DNA of 64,000 nt from a virus (lineage: Duplodnaviria; Heunggongvirae; Uroviricota; Caudoviricetes), in the IMG/VR virus record IMGVR_UViG_3300042363_000209; one strand, written 5' to 3'. Made by a program: the position numbers and the translations under genes. Of the stretch, positions 25,646 to 35,908 are shown in pieces. The notes below the pieces were generated by a model. It worked only from the letters and a program-made list of their open reading frames with translations, ran no database searches and was not told the DNA's origin. Position 1 is the stretch's first letter, and the number at the start of each line of letters is the position of its first letter.

Positions 25646-27506
25646 CCATCTCTATCACCTTTGTTAAATCTATTTCTTGTACAGAAGCAATACGTTTGTT
25701 GTATTCTTCTTCTGTGATATCTTCAAATGGAGCTTGTTGATATGAGCCACCAAAGAATGGTAGTACAGACAAGCCATTATACGTCTCTCTGTTATCCCAC
25801 ATCCAGGCACCCACTTCTTTCCACTCATCAGCAATAGAAACAGTAGCACTTACATTGTGTGTATTAGCCCCATTGATATGACCTGGTTTAACCCATTCTG
25901 TAGAGAACTTCTTAACACGCTCTAATGTATCTATTGGAGACTCTGTACGGAAAATAGATCCTTCTGGTGCTTTAACAGGAATACGTACACAAACTGTATC
26001 TGTAGGACGTAACACATCATCTTCGCACAATTCAGGATGGTTAATCATTAAGTATAATGCAATAGCTTCATTCTTGTTAAATCTCATTGTACGTAAGTAG
26101 TATGGAGCATGCCAAGCATGAATACCACTAGCTGTACCTAAGACCAAACTAGTTGTTCCTGAAGGTTTAATACATGTAATACGAGCTGCTTCGTTGGTGC
26201 CAATAAATCCAGAGATATCTCTATTTACTGTCTTAGCTGTATTAGCTACTAGTTCTAGGTCATATTTAAGGATTTCTCCACTTCCTATACCTGTCATACC
26301 AATTCCTAATAAAGCGTCTTTTTGGGTTGTTTTAGACCAAATAGGACGTAGGTAATGAAAGTCATAAAACCCTGCTTGTAATGTACCAAAGAATGCAGCT
26401 ACTGCTACACGGTTGTTAAGATCTTCTTGATTCTCAACATCGCTTACATTCACTTCACATAGATTACAGAACTGGAAAGGACGTAATCCAATCTCACAAC
26501 AAGGATTAGTTCCCCAATCTAGGTCGTTAGACCAATAGATACCTGGTTCACCACTTCCTGATGCTTCAATTCTTTTCCATAAAGCCATAAATTCAGCTTC
26601 ATCTACTTCACCTCTCTTTAACACTGCAGAGTTATTACTTCTACCACGTTGTTCGTTTAGTTCCCACCAGTTGCCATACTTACATGTAATCATTTCCTCA
26701 TCATCATGGCTGAATAGACTAATCATAGCACTTCTTCTAATACCACCTGCTAGCACTGAGTTAGCAATATGACACATAATATCATGAGCTTCTAAAGGAG
26801 ATAGTTTACTACCATCTTCTTTTCTTTCCATGATAGCATCAATATGAGCTAATGCAATCTTTAATGGTTCTGGACCTGGGGCTTTACCACCAGCTGTTAC
26901 TAGTCTAGCTCCTTTATGTCTAATAGCTCTAAAGTCAAACTTAGGCTTTTGACCACCTTCAAAGTAAAACTTCATTAACATCTTTACTGAGTCAGCCCAG
27001 CCCATAATAGAATCTTCTATAAGATAGTTACGATGCTTGTAAGTTTCTTGTTTCTTAATAGCTGGTAACTGCTCTACATGATGCTTTTGTACAGAAAAAC
27101 CTACACCTGAACCTCCTAGTAATAAAAACATAGTCTCACTGAAACTATATAAGCTATCTACAGGTAAGTAAGCACAGTTGTAACCTCTTGCGTTGTTCAC
27201 TTCCATTGCTGGACCTGCAAACTGCAAAGCTCTCATAGATGGCAAAATCTTCTTTTCTCTGATAAACTTAGCACTTTCTACAATTGCTAATTCTAATTTA
27301 GGATACTTCTTGATCATCATTACTTGATATCTATCCACTATTTCATCCCAAGTTTCTCTTCTTTGTAGCTGGGGATTGTGCTTAGCGTACTTGCTAAACA
27401 CAGTAATCTTTCCTAAGGCATCTAATCCTAAATCCATGTTTGTTTGTTTTAATATATGTAAAAAAATGAGGGTTGCAAATGTACAACCCTCATTTTTATA
27501 AACCAA
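25584..27506 (-). CDS. nrdJ: Ribonucleotide reductase, class-II-like (adenosylcobalamin type) catalytic protein
   Basis: Active-site NPCCEIGL (class II NPCGE-type, versus class I SNLCxEI), GGSGVGFS, and a C-terminal Cys cluster CAGGACEIA. No separate small subunit nearby. Confidence 0.6.
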   Translation of the reverse strand: MVYKNEGCTFATLIFLHILKQTNMDLGLDALGKITVFSKYAKHNPQLQRRETWDEIVDRYQVMMIKKYPKLELAIVESAKFIREKKILPSMRALQFAGPAMEVNNARGYNCAYLPVDSLYSFSETMFLLLGGSGVGFSVQKHHVEQLPAIKKQETYKHRNYLIEDSIMGWADSVKMLMKFYFEGGQKPKFDFRAIRHKGARLVTAGGKAPGPEPLKIALAHIDAIMERKEDGSKLSPLEAHDIMCHIANSVLAGGIRRSAMISLFSHDDEEMITCKYGNWWELNEQRGRSNNSAVLKRGEVDEAEFMALWKRIEASGSGEPGIYWSNDLDWGTNPCCEIGLRPFQFCNLCEVNVSDVENQEDLNNRVAVAAFFGTLQAGFYDFHYLRPIWSKTTQKDALLGIGMTGIGSGEILKYDLELVANTAKTVNRDISGFIGTNEAARITCIKPSGTTSLVLGTASGIHAWHAPYYLRTMRFNKNEAIALYLMINHPELCEDDVLRPTDTVCVRIPVKAPEGSIFRTESPIDTLERVKKFSTEWVKPGHINGANTHNVSATVSIADEWKEVGAWMWDNRETYNGLSVLPFFGGSYQQAPFEDITEEEYNKRIASVQEIDLTKVIEMDDNVDFGQVAACAGGACEIA

Positions 27507-27521
27507 GAAAATTAGAAAATT

Positions 27522-27773
27522 CTATCTAATCAATTCTCTTATTTTATGTCCTAATTCTGCATCATTTGAATGATTCTTAACCAACTTAGTTATTTCCTTA
27601 TTTTGGTCCATAATCTTCTGCAAATACAGTGTTGCGTCCATCAATTCTTCCTGGAGATGCTTGAGATAGTTATCCTTATTGTTAGCTTCTAGAGTGGTAC
27701 CGTATTTGGTTTGTCCTATTCCACTACGCTGAGCATACTTCTCAATCACTTCCAATACTATTTGATCACTCAT
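27522..27773 (-). CDS. Hypothetical protein (83 aa)
   Basis: ORF. Confidence 0.4.
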   Translation of the reverse strand: MSDQIVLEVIEKYAQRSGIGQTKYGTTLEANNKDNYLKHLQEELMDATLYLQKIMDQNKEITKLVKNHSNDAELGHKIRELIR

Positions 27774-28138
27774 AACTTCTCATTTAAGATTTCAAATGCT
27801 GCTTCAATTGCTCTAGTTTCTGCTGCTATTCTTGTAAGAAAGTCATTACTTTCTACTTGTCCTCCATCAAATGAATATCTGAAACAATTATTCTCAAGAT
27901 CTACAGTGATTTGAATATAAATCTCATGAGCATCAAATGCATCAAACAATGCTCTAGGCATTGCATCTATCATTTTAGCCACGGTATCATTGTCTATACC
28001 CTGCTCTTTAGCAAAATCTTTAAAGTTTTCTGGAAGGTTTTCTGAATCTTCTATAGAATCTAGGAATTTACCTAAATAAAAATCTTTAACGACACTGGCT
28101 GCTTTGCCATAATTTTCTAATAATTCTTGACTATTCAT
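27770..28138 (-). CDS. Hypothetical protein (122 aa)
   Basis: ORF, coupled. Confidence 0.4.
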   Translation of the reverse strand: MNSQELLENYGKAASVVKDFYLGKFLDSIEDSENLPENFKDFAKEQGIDNDTVAKMIDAMPRALFDAFDAHEIYIQITVDLENNCFRYSFDGGQVESNDFLTRIAAETRAIEAAFEILNEKL

Positions 28139-28355
28139 AATTTGTTTTTAAGTTACGTGATTCTAATTTCTTACCATTTTCTTTCCACCAGTCTCTTTCA
28201 TAAGACCATTCGTTTGGTTCTGGATAGTGTTGTTTGTTTTCTTCTACACTATCAAAAAGCATACCATTCTTTACACTCTCCATTTTACAGAAGAGGACAG
28301 TAGCTTCTTCACCAAACTGGTTAACAAGCTCTTCTAATACTTCATGATTATACAT
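28131..28355 (-). CDS. Hypothetical protein (74 aa)
   Basis: ORF. Confidence 0.35.
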   Translation of the reverse strand: MYNHEVLEELVNQFGEEATVLFCKMESVKNGMLFDSVEENKQHYPEPNEWSYERDWWKENGKKLESRNLKTNYE

Positions 28356-28896
28356 TTTCTTTAAATTTATCTAAATTAAGAGTTTCGTTTTCTTCAAAGA
28401 ATCCATCCCAAACTTCCATATCATCATCTAGTTCCATATCAAGCTTTTCTTCCCAAAATTTCTTTAAATCTTGAGTTTTATTAAAGATACGGAATTGAAG
28501 ACTTATTTTAGTAGAATAGTTTTCATCTGGACTTGTAAATGATTTTGGGAATATACCCTGGAATTTAACAGATGTTTTAGAATATTTACCTTGTTTAATT
28601 AACTCAAAGTCAGACTTTAATCTTTCATTAAGTACATAAACTACTACCACATAACCATCTTCATAGTCATAATCATCTATAATAGATTTGGTACGCTCAT
28701 ATTCTTCATCTAAAAATTCTTTAAATTTATCAATGTTTTCAGGTTTAAAGAGGAGATATACAGCATTTTCATACTGTACATCTCTTCTACCATCTTTGAT
28801 ATAACCATTGATAAATATATTATCTCGCAATTTATCTCTACTAATACTTAATGTAGGAACAATAAATATTGTTGTAACAGTTTTATCAAATTTCAT
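28348..28896 (-). CDS. Hypothetical protein (182 aa)
   Basis: ORF. Confidence 0.4.
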   Translation of the reverse strand: MKFDKTVTTIFIVPTLSISRDKLRDNIFINGYIKDGRRDVQYENAVYLLFKPENIDKFKEFLDEEYERTKSIIDDYDYEDGYVVVVYVLNERLKSDFELIKQGKYSKTSVKFQGIFPKSFTSPDENYSTKISLQFRIFNKTQDLKKFWEEKLDMELDDDMEVWDGFFEENETLNLDKFKENV

Positions 28897-29975
28897 TAAC
28901 CTAATTTTACTACACCATTATTTAAATAGTTTTCTCTAGAAATATTCCATTTATCATTCTCAATAGCCCATTGAAGGTCTTCTATTAAAGAAGCAACACC
29001 TGGATACTCTCTTCCTTTGTGCTCAAATCCAGCACGAGCATCCACCATATTTATATCAGACATTTTATAAATTAATGGAGAGCTATAATTTGTACTGTCA
29101 CAAACAATAAACTTAGGATAAAGTATTTTGTAATCTCCATAGCCCATTTCACTAGCCCAAAACTCTGCAGCTTTATGATATAGAAATCCTTGGAGGTAGG
29201 CTCTTCTGTACAAGTAATACTCATCATAGAAGTTCTCTACAGACCAAGTACATTTCAAATCATACACCTGAACTGTCTTTGCTTCATGATCTACAATCAT
29301 TTTGTCCATCATAGACTTAAAGAAATGACCAAACACTTCATATCCCTCAACTTGTAATTGGTTATATACAGAATATCTAGCACTATTAACTAAGTTTACA
29401 ATAGATGCTATGAAATCATTAGTCTTTAACTCTTCTACAATCTTAGTAGCATTATCTACTTCCTGCATTGTAACAACAGTTAATCCTCTACGTCTCACTT
29501 CAACCATCTCTTTGAAATACACCTCAGCATCAGTTCCTAAGAACTTACCAAGTACAGCATCTAATTTGATCTTGAATCCTGAATCAACATGTGCATCTCT
29601 AGTTAATTCTTCAAACGCTCTAGTTACTACACCGTCTTCATTTGTAGCTGCAAGTGTATGCTTACACAATGCTTCTACGAAATCTAACATCATTGCTGTT
29701 GGTGCACTGCTAACAACTGACATGTGGAAACGGTTGTCAAACTCTTCTGGTTCTAACAACAATGTTTCAACCACTCTACCTGTAACGGCAGCTTTACTGT
29801 CTTCATCTTCAACGTGTTCATTAAGAATGTACTTTTTGTGATACTTCTTACGATTTGTTGAGAATTCTTTTAAGCTTGAACTACTGTCCATCTTAACTGC
29901 TCTGTACTGAGCTTCTGTTTTTGTTTGTCCGCTAATCATGTTTGTTTTGTTTAAAATCATTAATAATTGTTTCAC
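28896..29975 (-). CDS. Hypothetical protein (359 aa), possible PD-(D/E)XK nuclease
   Basis: QVYDLKCT resembles an (D/E)xK element. Weak evidence. Confidence 0.3.
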   Translation of the reverse strand: MKQLLMILNKTNMISGQTKTEAQYRAVKMDSSSSLKEFSTNRKKYHKKYILNEHVEDEDSKAAVTGRVVETLLLEPEEFDNRFHMSVVSSAPTAMMLDFVEALCKHTLAATNEDGVVTRAFEELTRDAHVDSGFKIKLDAVLGKFLGTDAEVYFKEMVEVRRRGLTVVTMQEVDNATKIVEELKTNDFIASIVNLVNSARYSVYNQLQVEGYEVFGHFFKSMMDKMIVDHEAKTVQVYDLKCTWSVENFYDEYYLYRRAYLQGFLYHKAAEFWASEMGYGDYKILYPKFIVCDSTNYSSPLIYKMSDINMVDARAGFEHKGREYPGVASLIEDLQWAIENDKWNISRENYLNNGVVKLG

Positions 29976-30174
29976 TCATTCTTCTAATCTCCATGGGTAC
30001 TTGTTTAAACCACCATCTCACTTCCATTTCATACTCACGTCCATTTTCATCAAACCCTCTTGGATTGATAAGCCAGAACATGTATGTTTTGTCATTAAAT
30101 TCAACAGATCCTTCATGCCATATTTCAGTGAAAGAAGGTTTTTTGTTGATGCTTACAGTTATTGCATTTTCCAT
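29932..30174 (-). CDS. Hypothetical protein (80 aa)
   Basis: ORF. Confidence 0.35.
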   Translation of the reverse strand: MENAITVSINKKPSFTEIWHEGSVEFNDKTYMFWLINPRGFDENGREYEMEVRWWFKQVPMEIRRMSETIINDFKQNKHD

Positions 30175-30175
30175 A

Positions 30176-30490
30176 TTAATAATCTATTTCTTCAGGTTCC
30201 CACTTATATCCATATAAGAAATAATCTGGCCCCCCTATTTTACTTTTATACTTATCTTTTGATGTATAAGTACGTTTACTAACTAACTCATCTGGTGTCA
30301 ACACCATAAAGTCAATTCCATATTTAATTTTGACTGATTCGTTATCATCAATAGACTTCTGTACTTCAAAGTCACGTAGGTGAACTCTTCCTCCAAAGTC
30401 TGATTTTACTTTAATCTCTTTCATCTTTATCTTTTTTTGTTTTAATGTTATGGCATGCTTCACATAGCACTTGTAAGTTTTCTTGTTCAC
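30176..30490 (-). CDS. Hypothetical protein (104 aa)
   Basis: ORF. Confidence 0.35.
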   Translation of the reverse strand: MNKKTYKCYVKHAITLKQKKIKMKEIKVKSDFGGRVHLRDFEVQKSIDDNESVKIKYGIDFMVLTPDELVSKRTYTSKDKYKSKIGGPDYFLYGYKWEPEEIDY

Positions 30491-30827
30491 AGAACAATCT
30501 TTCTACAAATCCTGGTAAGTCTTGAGCACAGTTTAATGAACCTGCAGGGGTGATATGATCTACATTTACCAGTTTCTCTGGGAACCAATCTCCACAACAA
30601 GCACATTTGTATTCAAACTTTTGTCTTTTACTAGGACCTTTGTAAGCTCTACGAGCTTTTAATTTACATTCACTAATAGGTTTCCACCATCTAGATTTCT
30701 GTCTCAATCCACTTCTAATGAAACTCCAGAACCCTGACTCTGTCATAGTACCAGCATTCCTAGTTTTAGGAACTCTTGGTTTTCTAGGAGCAGCAGGCTT
30801 TCTTTTGTTTGCTTTTTTCTTTATCAT
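30411..30827 (-). CDS. HNH endonuclease
   Basis: CACCGDWFPEKLVNVDHITPAG....CEACHNIKTK gives a CxxC...H...N...CxxCH arrangement. Basic N-terminus. Confidence 0.6.
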   Translation of the reverse strand: MIKKKANKRKPAAPRKPRVPKTRNAGTMTESGFWSFIRSGLRQKSRWWKPISECKLKARRAYKGPSKRQKFEYKCACCGDWFPEKLVNVDHITPAGSLNCAQDLPGFVERLFCEQENLQVLCEACHNIKTKKDKDERD

Positions 30828-30872
30828 ATATTATATTTAATAGCCCAGGGATTTCTCCCTGGGACTACAAAT

Positions 30873-32438
30873 TTAATCAATTGTAACGATTCTTCCTGAA
30901 ATTTCTTCTTTAATTTCATCAAGACTCCTAACAATTGTATACACTTCTACAGCAGATAGAGCAGGTAAGTTGAAATCATACTTCTTAGCTTCTGCAGTGA
31001 ATCCTTCTTTAGCTTTCTCAGCCAAGTTTTGCAATTCGCGAATCGCATAAGACTCATCTAACTGTAATGTATCAAAATCTAAATCATGTAAGATTTCTGT
31101 TGCTTCTTCACGTGGCACAGTCATAATTGGTAAATACTCATAGCATCTACCCTTACTCTCACCAATACCTACAACCTTCATTGGATTGATAAGTACAAGT
31201 ACAGATGTGTCACCACAACCTACATAATGAATCTCATCAGATGTAAAGTGTAAACCTTCAGCACCACAGTCATCAGTATTCCATCTGCACTTTTCCATAG
31301 GCATACTTACTGGTCTACCAATTCTGATGTCAAATGTTCTTGTATGAGCATCTGTGAATCTATTCTCTGCTCTATTAGGCAAATCAAGATATAGCTCAGT
31401 TAAGTTACCAAGGTTTTCACCTTCAATTGCAAGAACAAGATCTTCATATTCGCCTGTACCATTACACTCTGGACACTCTTCACTATCTTCCCATTCATCA
31501 CACTCAGGAATAGTTCCTGTACCATCACAATAAGAACATGTACATGTTTCTTTTTTATACATAGCATCTTCATGAACCATTTTATATTCACCATCTTTTA
31601 AGAAGATAGTATAATCATCTGGTTTCTTCTTCCATACAGCTTTCACCTTATTATAAGCATTACTTACAAAGTGCACAAGCTCAGTAGAACCATGAAGTGT
31701 AACAACATTACGTAATGCTACAAAGAATCCTTGTTTAGTGATGCTGAAGCTATTCTTCTTCAAGAAGCCATATAACTTATCTGCCACTTCAGCTCTTGGA
31801 TTCAAGCAACACCACATGAAGAAACGCTTAAGTGCTTGATACTCTTCATCTTCTATTACAAGAGCATTCATTTCATCTATATCAGCCATTCCATTATAAG
31901 AATAACTACCAATGATTTCTAAGAACTCTTCCACCATCAAAGGTGGGATACTTCTGTTGATACCCTTAAGATATAAACTACCGTGTTTCATCTCAAAATC
32001 ATCAAACTTAGCTAGGAACTCAGCACCTTTCTGAACAGCTTTAGCTTTCTCATACTCAGCTTCAGCTTGTCTTCTTTGGTCTTTAACCTCTTGTGTACTA
32101 ACAAGATCTAGTAAACATGCTTCTGATTTACATAGCTTAGCTGCAGTAAAATCATCTGCTGTAGCTGGAGTTTTGGTAATGATATTGCCATCATTCAATA
32201 CAATAGTCAATGTATCATTAACCATTTTGATGTTTATATAGGGCTTTGTGTAACTAGTTGGCCCTGTCCATGTACTGCTTGAATTCCAATTAGCATTGGG
32301 ATTGAAAGCAGAATTAAAAGAAGGAGCCTGAGCCCCTTCTTCTTTATCCAATTCATTGAACGCTTGTTCAATTTTGTTTTCTACTACTTTTTCAATTGTG
32401 CGTTCAATAGCACTTTTAAACCATTTTAAACTTAGCAT
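30873..32438 (-). CDS. Hypothetical protein (521 aa) with DnaJ-type CxxCxGxG zinc-finger pair
   Basis: CTCSYCDGTGTIPECDEW....CPECNGTGEY. Confidence 0.4.
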   Translation of the reverse strand: MLSLKWFKSAIERTIEKVVENKIEQAFNELDKEEGAQAPSFNSAFNPNANWNSSSTWTGPTSYTKPYINIKMVNDTLTIVLNDGNIITKTPATADDFTAAKLCKSEACLLDLVSTQEVKDQRRQAEAEYEKAKAVQKGAEFLAKFDDFEMKHGSLYLKGINRSIPPLMVEEFLEIIGSYSYNGMADIDEMNALVIEDEEYQALKRFFMWCCLNPRAEVADKLYGFLKKNSFSITKQGFFVALRNVVTLHGSTELVHFVSNAYNKVKAVWKKKPDDYTIFLKDGEYKMVHEDAMYKKETCTCSYCDGTGTIPECDEWEDSEECPECNGTGEYEDLVLAIEGENLGNLTELYLDLPNRAENRFTDAHTRTFDIRIGRPVSMPMEKCRWNTDDCGAEGLHFTSDEIHYVGCGDTSVLVLINPMKVVGIGESKGRCYEYLPIMTVPREEATEILHDLDFDTLQLDESYAIRELQNLAEKAKEGFTAEAKKYDFNLPALSAVEVYTIVRSLDEIKEEISGRIVTID

Positions 32439-32449
32439 GTTTTTGTTTT

Positions 32450-34810
32450 TTAAATTGTTTGTAATTCTTCAATTGTGTCTTCTGTTAATACTTCTTCCAA
32501 GGATGCATCTTCATTGAGCTTTATAGTGTAGTGCTCAAGGTTCACCTTGTGTTTATTATATTTAAATAGATCAACATAAGCTTTTAATAAATCTTTATCA
32601 ACTCCACCATAATAAGAATTAATTTGTCCCATTAGTGGATTTAAGAATGTAAGTTTGTTAAATACTTCTTCTACCTGCTTGTACACAACTAGTATTTCCT
32701 GGTCAAATAAGTTTTGTTCTAAAGCTAGCTCTAACACTATATCTTTAGTCTTATTGTCACAATAGTTTTTAGAATACTTGTTATCGTACTGTCTTATCAC
32801 TTCTAACTTATCATAAAGATCTGTAGAGATTTGCTTAACAACCTCAGTTCTTTTAAAAGTGTTAGTATACTTGTTTGTCATTCTCTCAACAAGAAACTGT
32901 GTAGCCATTGTTCTAAATGGTCTGTTTTTTCCTTCCATAAATTTTTCTAATGTTATCCAGTTATGTAAATCTGCTTTCTGTAAATTATCTATTGTAGCTT
33001 GAGCAACAATAACAAAGTTTGCATGATCGTTAAATAAAGACCAGAGCTTATCTAACTTCTCTCTTTGCTCTTCTTTAGCATACACATGCAGTTTATTAAC
33101 TTTATGAACATCTTCTAACTTAAATGTTGTAGGAACAAACTTAGAATGTCTATCAGAATATGTAATCTCTGTTTTGGTAGCAACCTTACCAGAGAATTCA
33201 CCTTTCATTCTAACCTTCTTAACACCATTCACTGTTACAGGATTAGATAACACCTTCATTCTCTTAGCTTTCTGAGTATCTATCCATGTTTGTGGAATAT
33301 CAATAGCATCTACATCAATGAAATCTTTAGAATATAAACTAATTACATACTGGAATTCTGTGATGAGTTGTCTCCATTGACTCTTTGGATAGTTCTTAAG
33401 ACCTAAAATAGAATGATAATACTTATTGTAATCAATAGATTCACCCTTCATTAATTGAAAAGGCTTTTCTTTCTTTACAAACAAGTGACATTTGCTGCTA
33501 TCACCAAGTAAGCTTCTCATGTAATCTTGCTTATTCTTAGCAAGTCTGTCAGAGAATAGATAAATGTTACCAGCATTGTAAGAACTAATGTCTTGAATTC
33601 TTAGGTTACCACCCCAATAATTCTTTGCATTATTGAATCTGTTTCCTTGGTATCTAAACTTTATTTGATACTCAGCTAACATATACTCCTTGTTCTGCTC
33701 AGCCATTCTCTTAAGATCTAACAAATCTACACCTTCAAGTTTAGGTTGTTTCAAAGGAATAGTTGCATACTTAAGAAGTTCATCAATCTCAATTCTATCT
33801 TCTTCTTTTCTATAAAAGCTTGGTAAGTATTTACGTCTTTCTCCATAAAAGCTCATGATAGAATCAATATTAGCTTTATCAGAAATTGATTCATTGAACT
33901 TCTCCATGAATACATCTGCCACCTGAGCTAGCTTATTAAGAATAACTTGCTTAGCTTCCTGTGTATATCTGATAGCTTCTCTATTTGGTGTAGGGAACAA
34001 TCCATCACTAAGACTAAAACGTAAAGCTATCTTGATATTAATCCTTTCAATACCAAGCTTCTCCCAGTCAATTGGATAACTAACATTGTCCAAACATAAA
34101 TGCATGTAATTGTTAGTAGCTATACTAGAGAATTGGAAATGTTCAGCTCTGTGAATTGTAAAATCATTAGTAACAGCATAACTAATACTATTATCTACAT
34201 CAAAATACACATTCTCAAAATAAGCTAATTGCTCTCTAATCTTACTAGTGAAACTGTGTCTATCATAATAGTTCACAGGTACAATCACCTTTACACCATT
34301 TGGTTCTTCTGTAGCTTTTTCATACAGAAGATCAATACTATTTGTTTCTTCTCCTTCGTACATCATGTACTTGCGTTCCATACCATCTTTTCTAGCTACA
34401 AAATAGAAGCTAGAACTGTAAGCTAGTGGGGCTTTGAAACCTAAGCCCATCATACCTAACTCTGTATTGCTGTTACGCTTGGTTGATTTACCATATTTGC
34501 TGATAATGTTAACTACATCATCTGCATCTAAACCAATACCAAAATCTTCAACAGCAAATTCATATGTATCTGCCTGATTGTTTCTCTTAAATGAGACAAT
34601 AATAGGTCTGTCACTCCCAGCTCTTCTGTGACTATCTAGTGCATTGGATGCACATTCTCTGATAGTAGAGCCTATTGAATCTGAATATAGATTCTTACTT
34701 AACATCTGCATCAATACTTGTGCAGAATCTAAGTCTAATGACATTTTCACAGTTTCCTGTGATTCTCCTTCTTGGAGGATGTGTGCTTCTGTTTGTTTTT
34801 CTAAGATCAT
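32450..34810 (-). CDS. GHKL (Bergerat-fold) ATPase, Hsp90/HtpG-like N-terminal domain, 786 aa
   Basis: IRECASNALDS (compare Hsp90 ELISNASDALDK). VEDFGIGL. GMMGLGFKAPLAYS (compare GQFGVGFYSAF). Confidence 0.5.
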   Translation of the reverse strand: MILEKQTEAHILQEGESQETVKMSLDLDSAQVLMQMLSKNLYSDSIGSTIRECASNALDSHRRAGSDRPIIVSFKRNNQADTYEFAVEDFGIGLDADDVVNIISKYGKSTKRNSNTELGMMGLGFKAPLAYSSSFYFVARKDGMERKYMMYEGEETNSIDLLYEKATEEPNGVKVIVPVNYYDRHSFTSKIREQLAYFENVYFDVDNSISYAVTNDFTIHRAEHFQFSSIATNNYMHLCLDNVSYPIDWEKLGIERINIKIALRFSLSDGLFPTPNREAIRYTQEAKQVILNKLAQVADVFMEKFNESISDKANIDSIMSFYGERRKYLPSFYRKEEDRIEIDELLKYATIPLKQPKLEGVDLLDLKRMAEQNKEYMLAEYQIKFRYQGNRFNNAKNYWGGNLRIQDISSYNAGNIYLFSDRLAKNKQDYMRSLLGDSSKCHLFVKKEKPFQLMKGESIDYNKYYHSILGLKNYPKSQWRQLITEFQYVISLYSKDFIDVDAIDIPQTWIDTQKAKRMKVLSNPVTVNGVKKVRMKGEFSGKVATKTEITYSDRHSKFVPTTFKLEDVHKVNKLHVYAKEEQREKLDKLWSLFNDHANFVIVAQATIDNLQKADLHNWITLEKFMEGKNRPFRTMATQFLVERMTNKYTNTFKRTEVVKQISTDLYDKLEVIRQYDNKYSKNYCDNKTKDIVLELALEQNLFDQEILVVYKQVEEVFNKLTFLNPLMGQINSYYGGVDKDLLKAYVDLFKYNKHKVNLEHYTIKLNEDASLEEVLTEDTIEELQTI

Positions 34811-34812
34811 AA

Positions 34813-35175
34813 TTAAAAGTTTACTTCTATGTTAAATTCTTTAAGGATTTCTTTTGCTTCAATAATGTTTTCTATGTCTTGTTGTTCTGTAATATTATCT
34901 CTATTTAATTTGAGAATTCTTGTGTCTCTTGGTGTATTTACATAACTCTTCCAGATTCTGGTAAGTTTCCAAGGTTTATTATGATCAGCATATGCTGAGT
35001 CTTTGTTTGCTTTTTCCCACCAAATTTTAGAGCTTACAACTCCTGATGGTGTAAAATACTGAAATGTACCACCTCTACCTTGACCATAATAAATACCAAG
35101 ACTAAAATCATTACCATTAGATATGGCAACTAAATCACCTTTGTGGATATCTCCACCAACTTTTACTTTATACAT
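34813..35175 (-). CDS. Hypothetical protein (120 aa)
   Basis: ORF. Confidence 0.4.
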   Translation of the reverse strand: MYKVKVGGDIHKGDLVAISNGNDFSLGIYYGQGRGGTFQYFTPSGVVSSKIWWEKANKDSAYADHNKPWKLTRIWKSYVNTPRDTRILKLNRDNITEQQDIENIIEAKEILKEFNIEVNF

Positions 35176-35187
35176 AATTGTTTTTGT

Positions 35188-35907
35188 TTAAAATGGTGTA
35201 CCGTCTAACCATTCAATTTGAAAATTATTATTGTCTTTTATCACCTTGTTAACCATTCTGAATACATCTCCAGATTCCCATTCTGTATTCCTATAGCTAG
35301 CTGATGCAGGATGTGTAGTTGTGAAACTCCATACAAATGGATTTGCATACCTAGCATACTGTGCAGCATCTTTGCCTAAGAATATATAAGGAACTTGTTG
35401 AGGATTTAAAATCTCCTCTATGACATACTTTGTGAACGGTTCCCACAGTTTGATATGACTACCTGCTTTGTTAATCTCAGTGGTGAGAGATGCATTAAAC
35501 ATTAATACACCCTGATGAGCTAGATAGCTTACATCTGGATTAGTCTTGTCACAATAAGCACATAGTCCATTATACACTTCTCTTTCAATTGCTCCATAGA
35601 ACTGTTCTAATGAAGGCTGTAATACACCAGTGGTGGAACAGCCCATCAATAAACCATCTGCTACAGGACTTCCTTGTTTAAGTGTGTGATATGGAGCCAT
35701 ACCCATCATTACAATCTTAAGCTCATCTAGTGGGGTCTCCATAAAACATCTATAGACATTAGAAGACAGAGGAGCAATCTTCTTGCCCCTCTGACTCTCT
35801 GACTTAAGAAATTTATAGATTTCATCACAAGCTTCGCTCTCAATAAATGGTCTCATCTTTAAGTGCCAACTCTCATGAAACTGATCTTTAAATTTTTCCC
35901 AATTCAT
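35188..35907 (-). CDS. ung: Uracil-DNA glycosylase (family 1-like)
   Basis: IVMMGMAPYH (compare VVILGQDPYH). HQGVLMFNASLTTE...AGSH...LWEPFT (compare GVLLLNTVLTV..HSH..GWE.FT). Confidence 0.65.
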   Translation of the reverse strand: MNWEKFKDQFHESWHLKMRPFIESEACDEIYKFLKSESQRGKKIAPLSSNVYRCFMETPLDELKIVMMGMAPYHTLKQGSPVADGLLMGCSTTGVLQPSLEQFYGAIEREVYNGLCAYCDKTNPDVSYLAHQGVLMFNASLTTEINKAGSHIKLWEPFTKYVIEEILNPQQVPYIFLGKDAAQYARYANPFVWSFTTTHPASASYRNTEWESGDVFRMVNKVIKDNNNFQIEWLDGTPF

Positions 35908-35908
35908 A

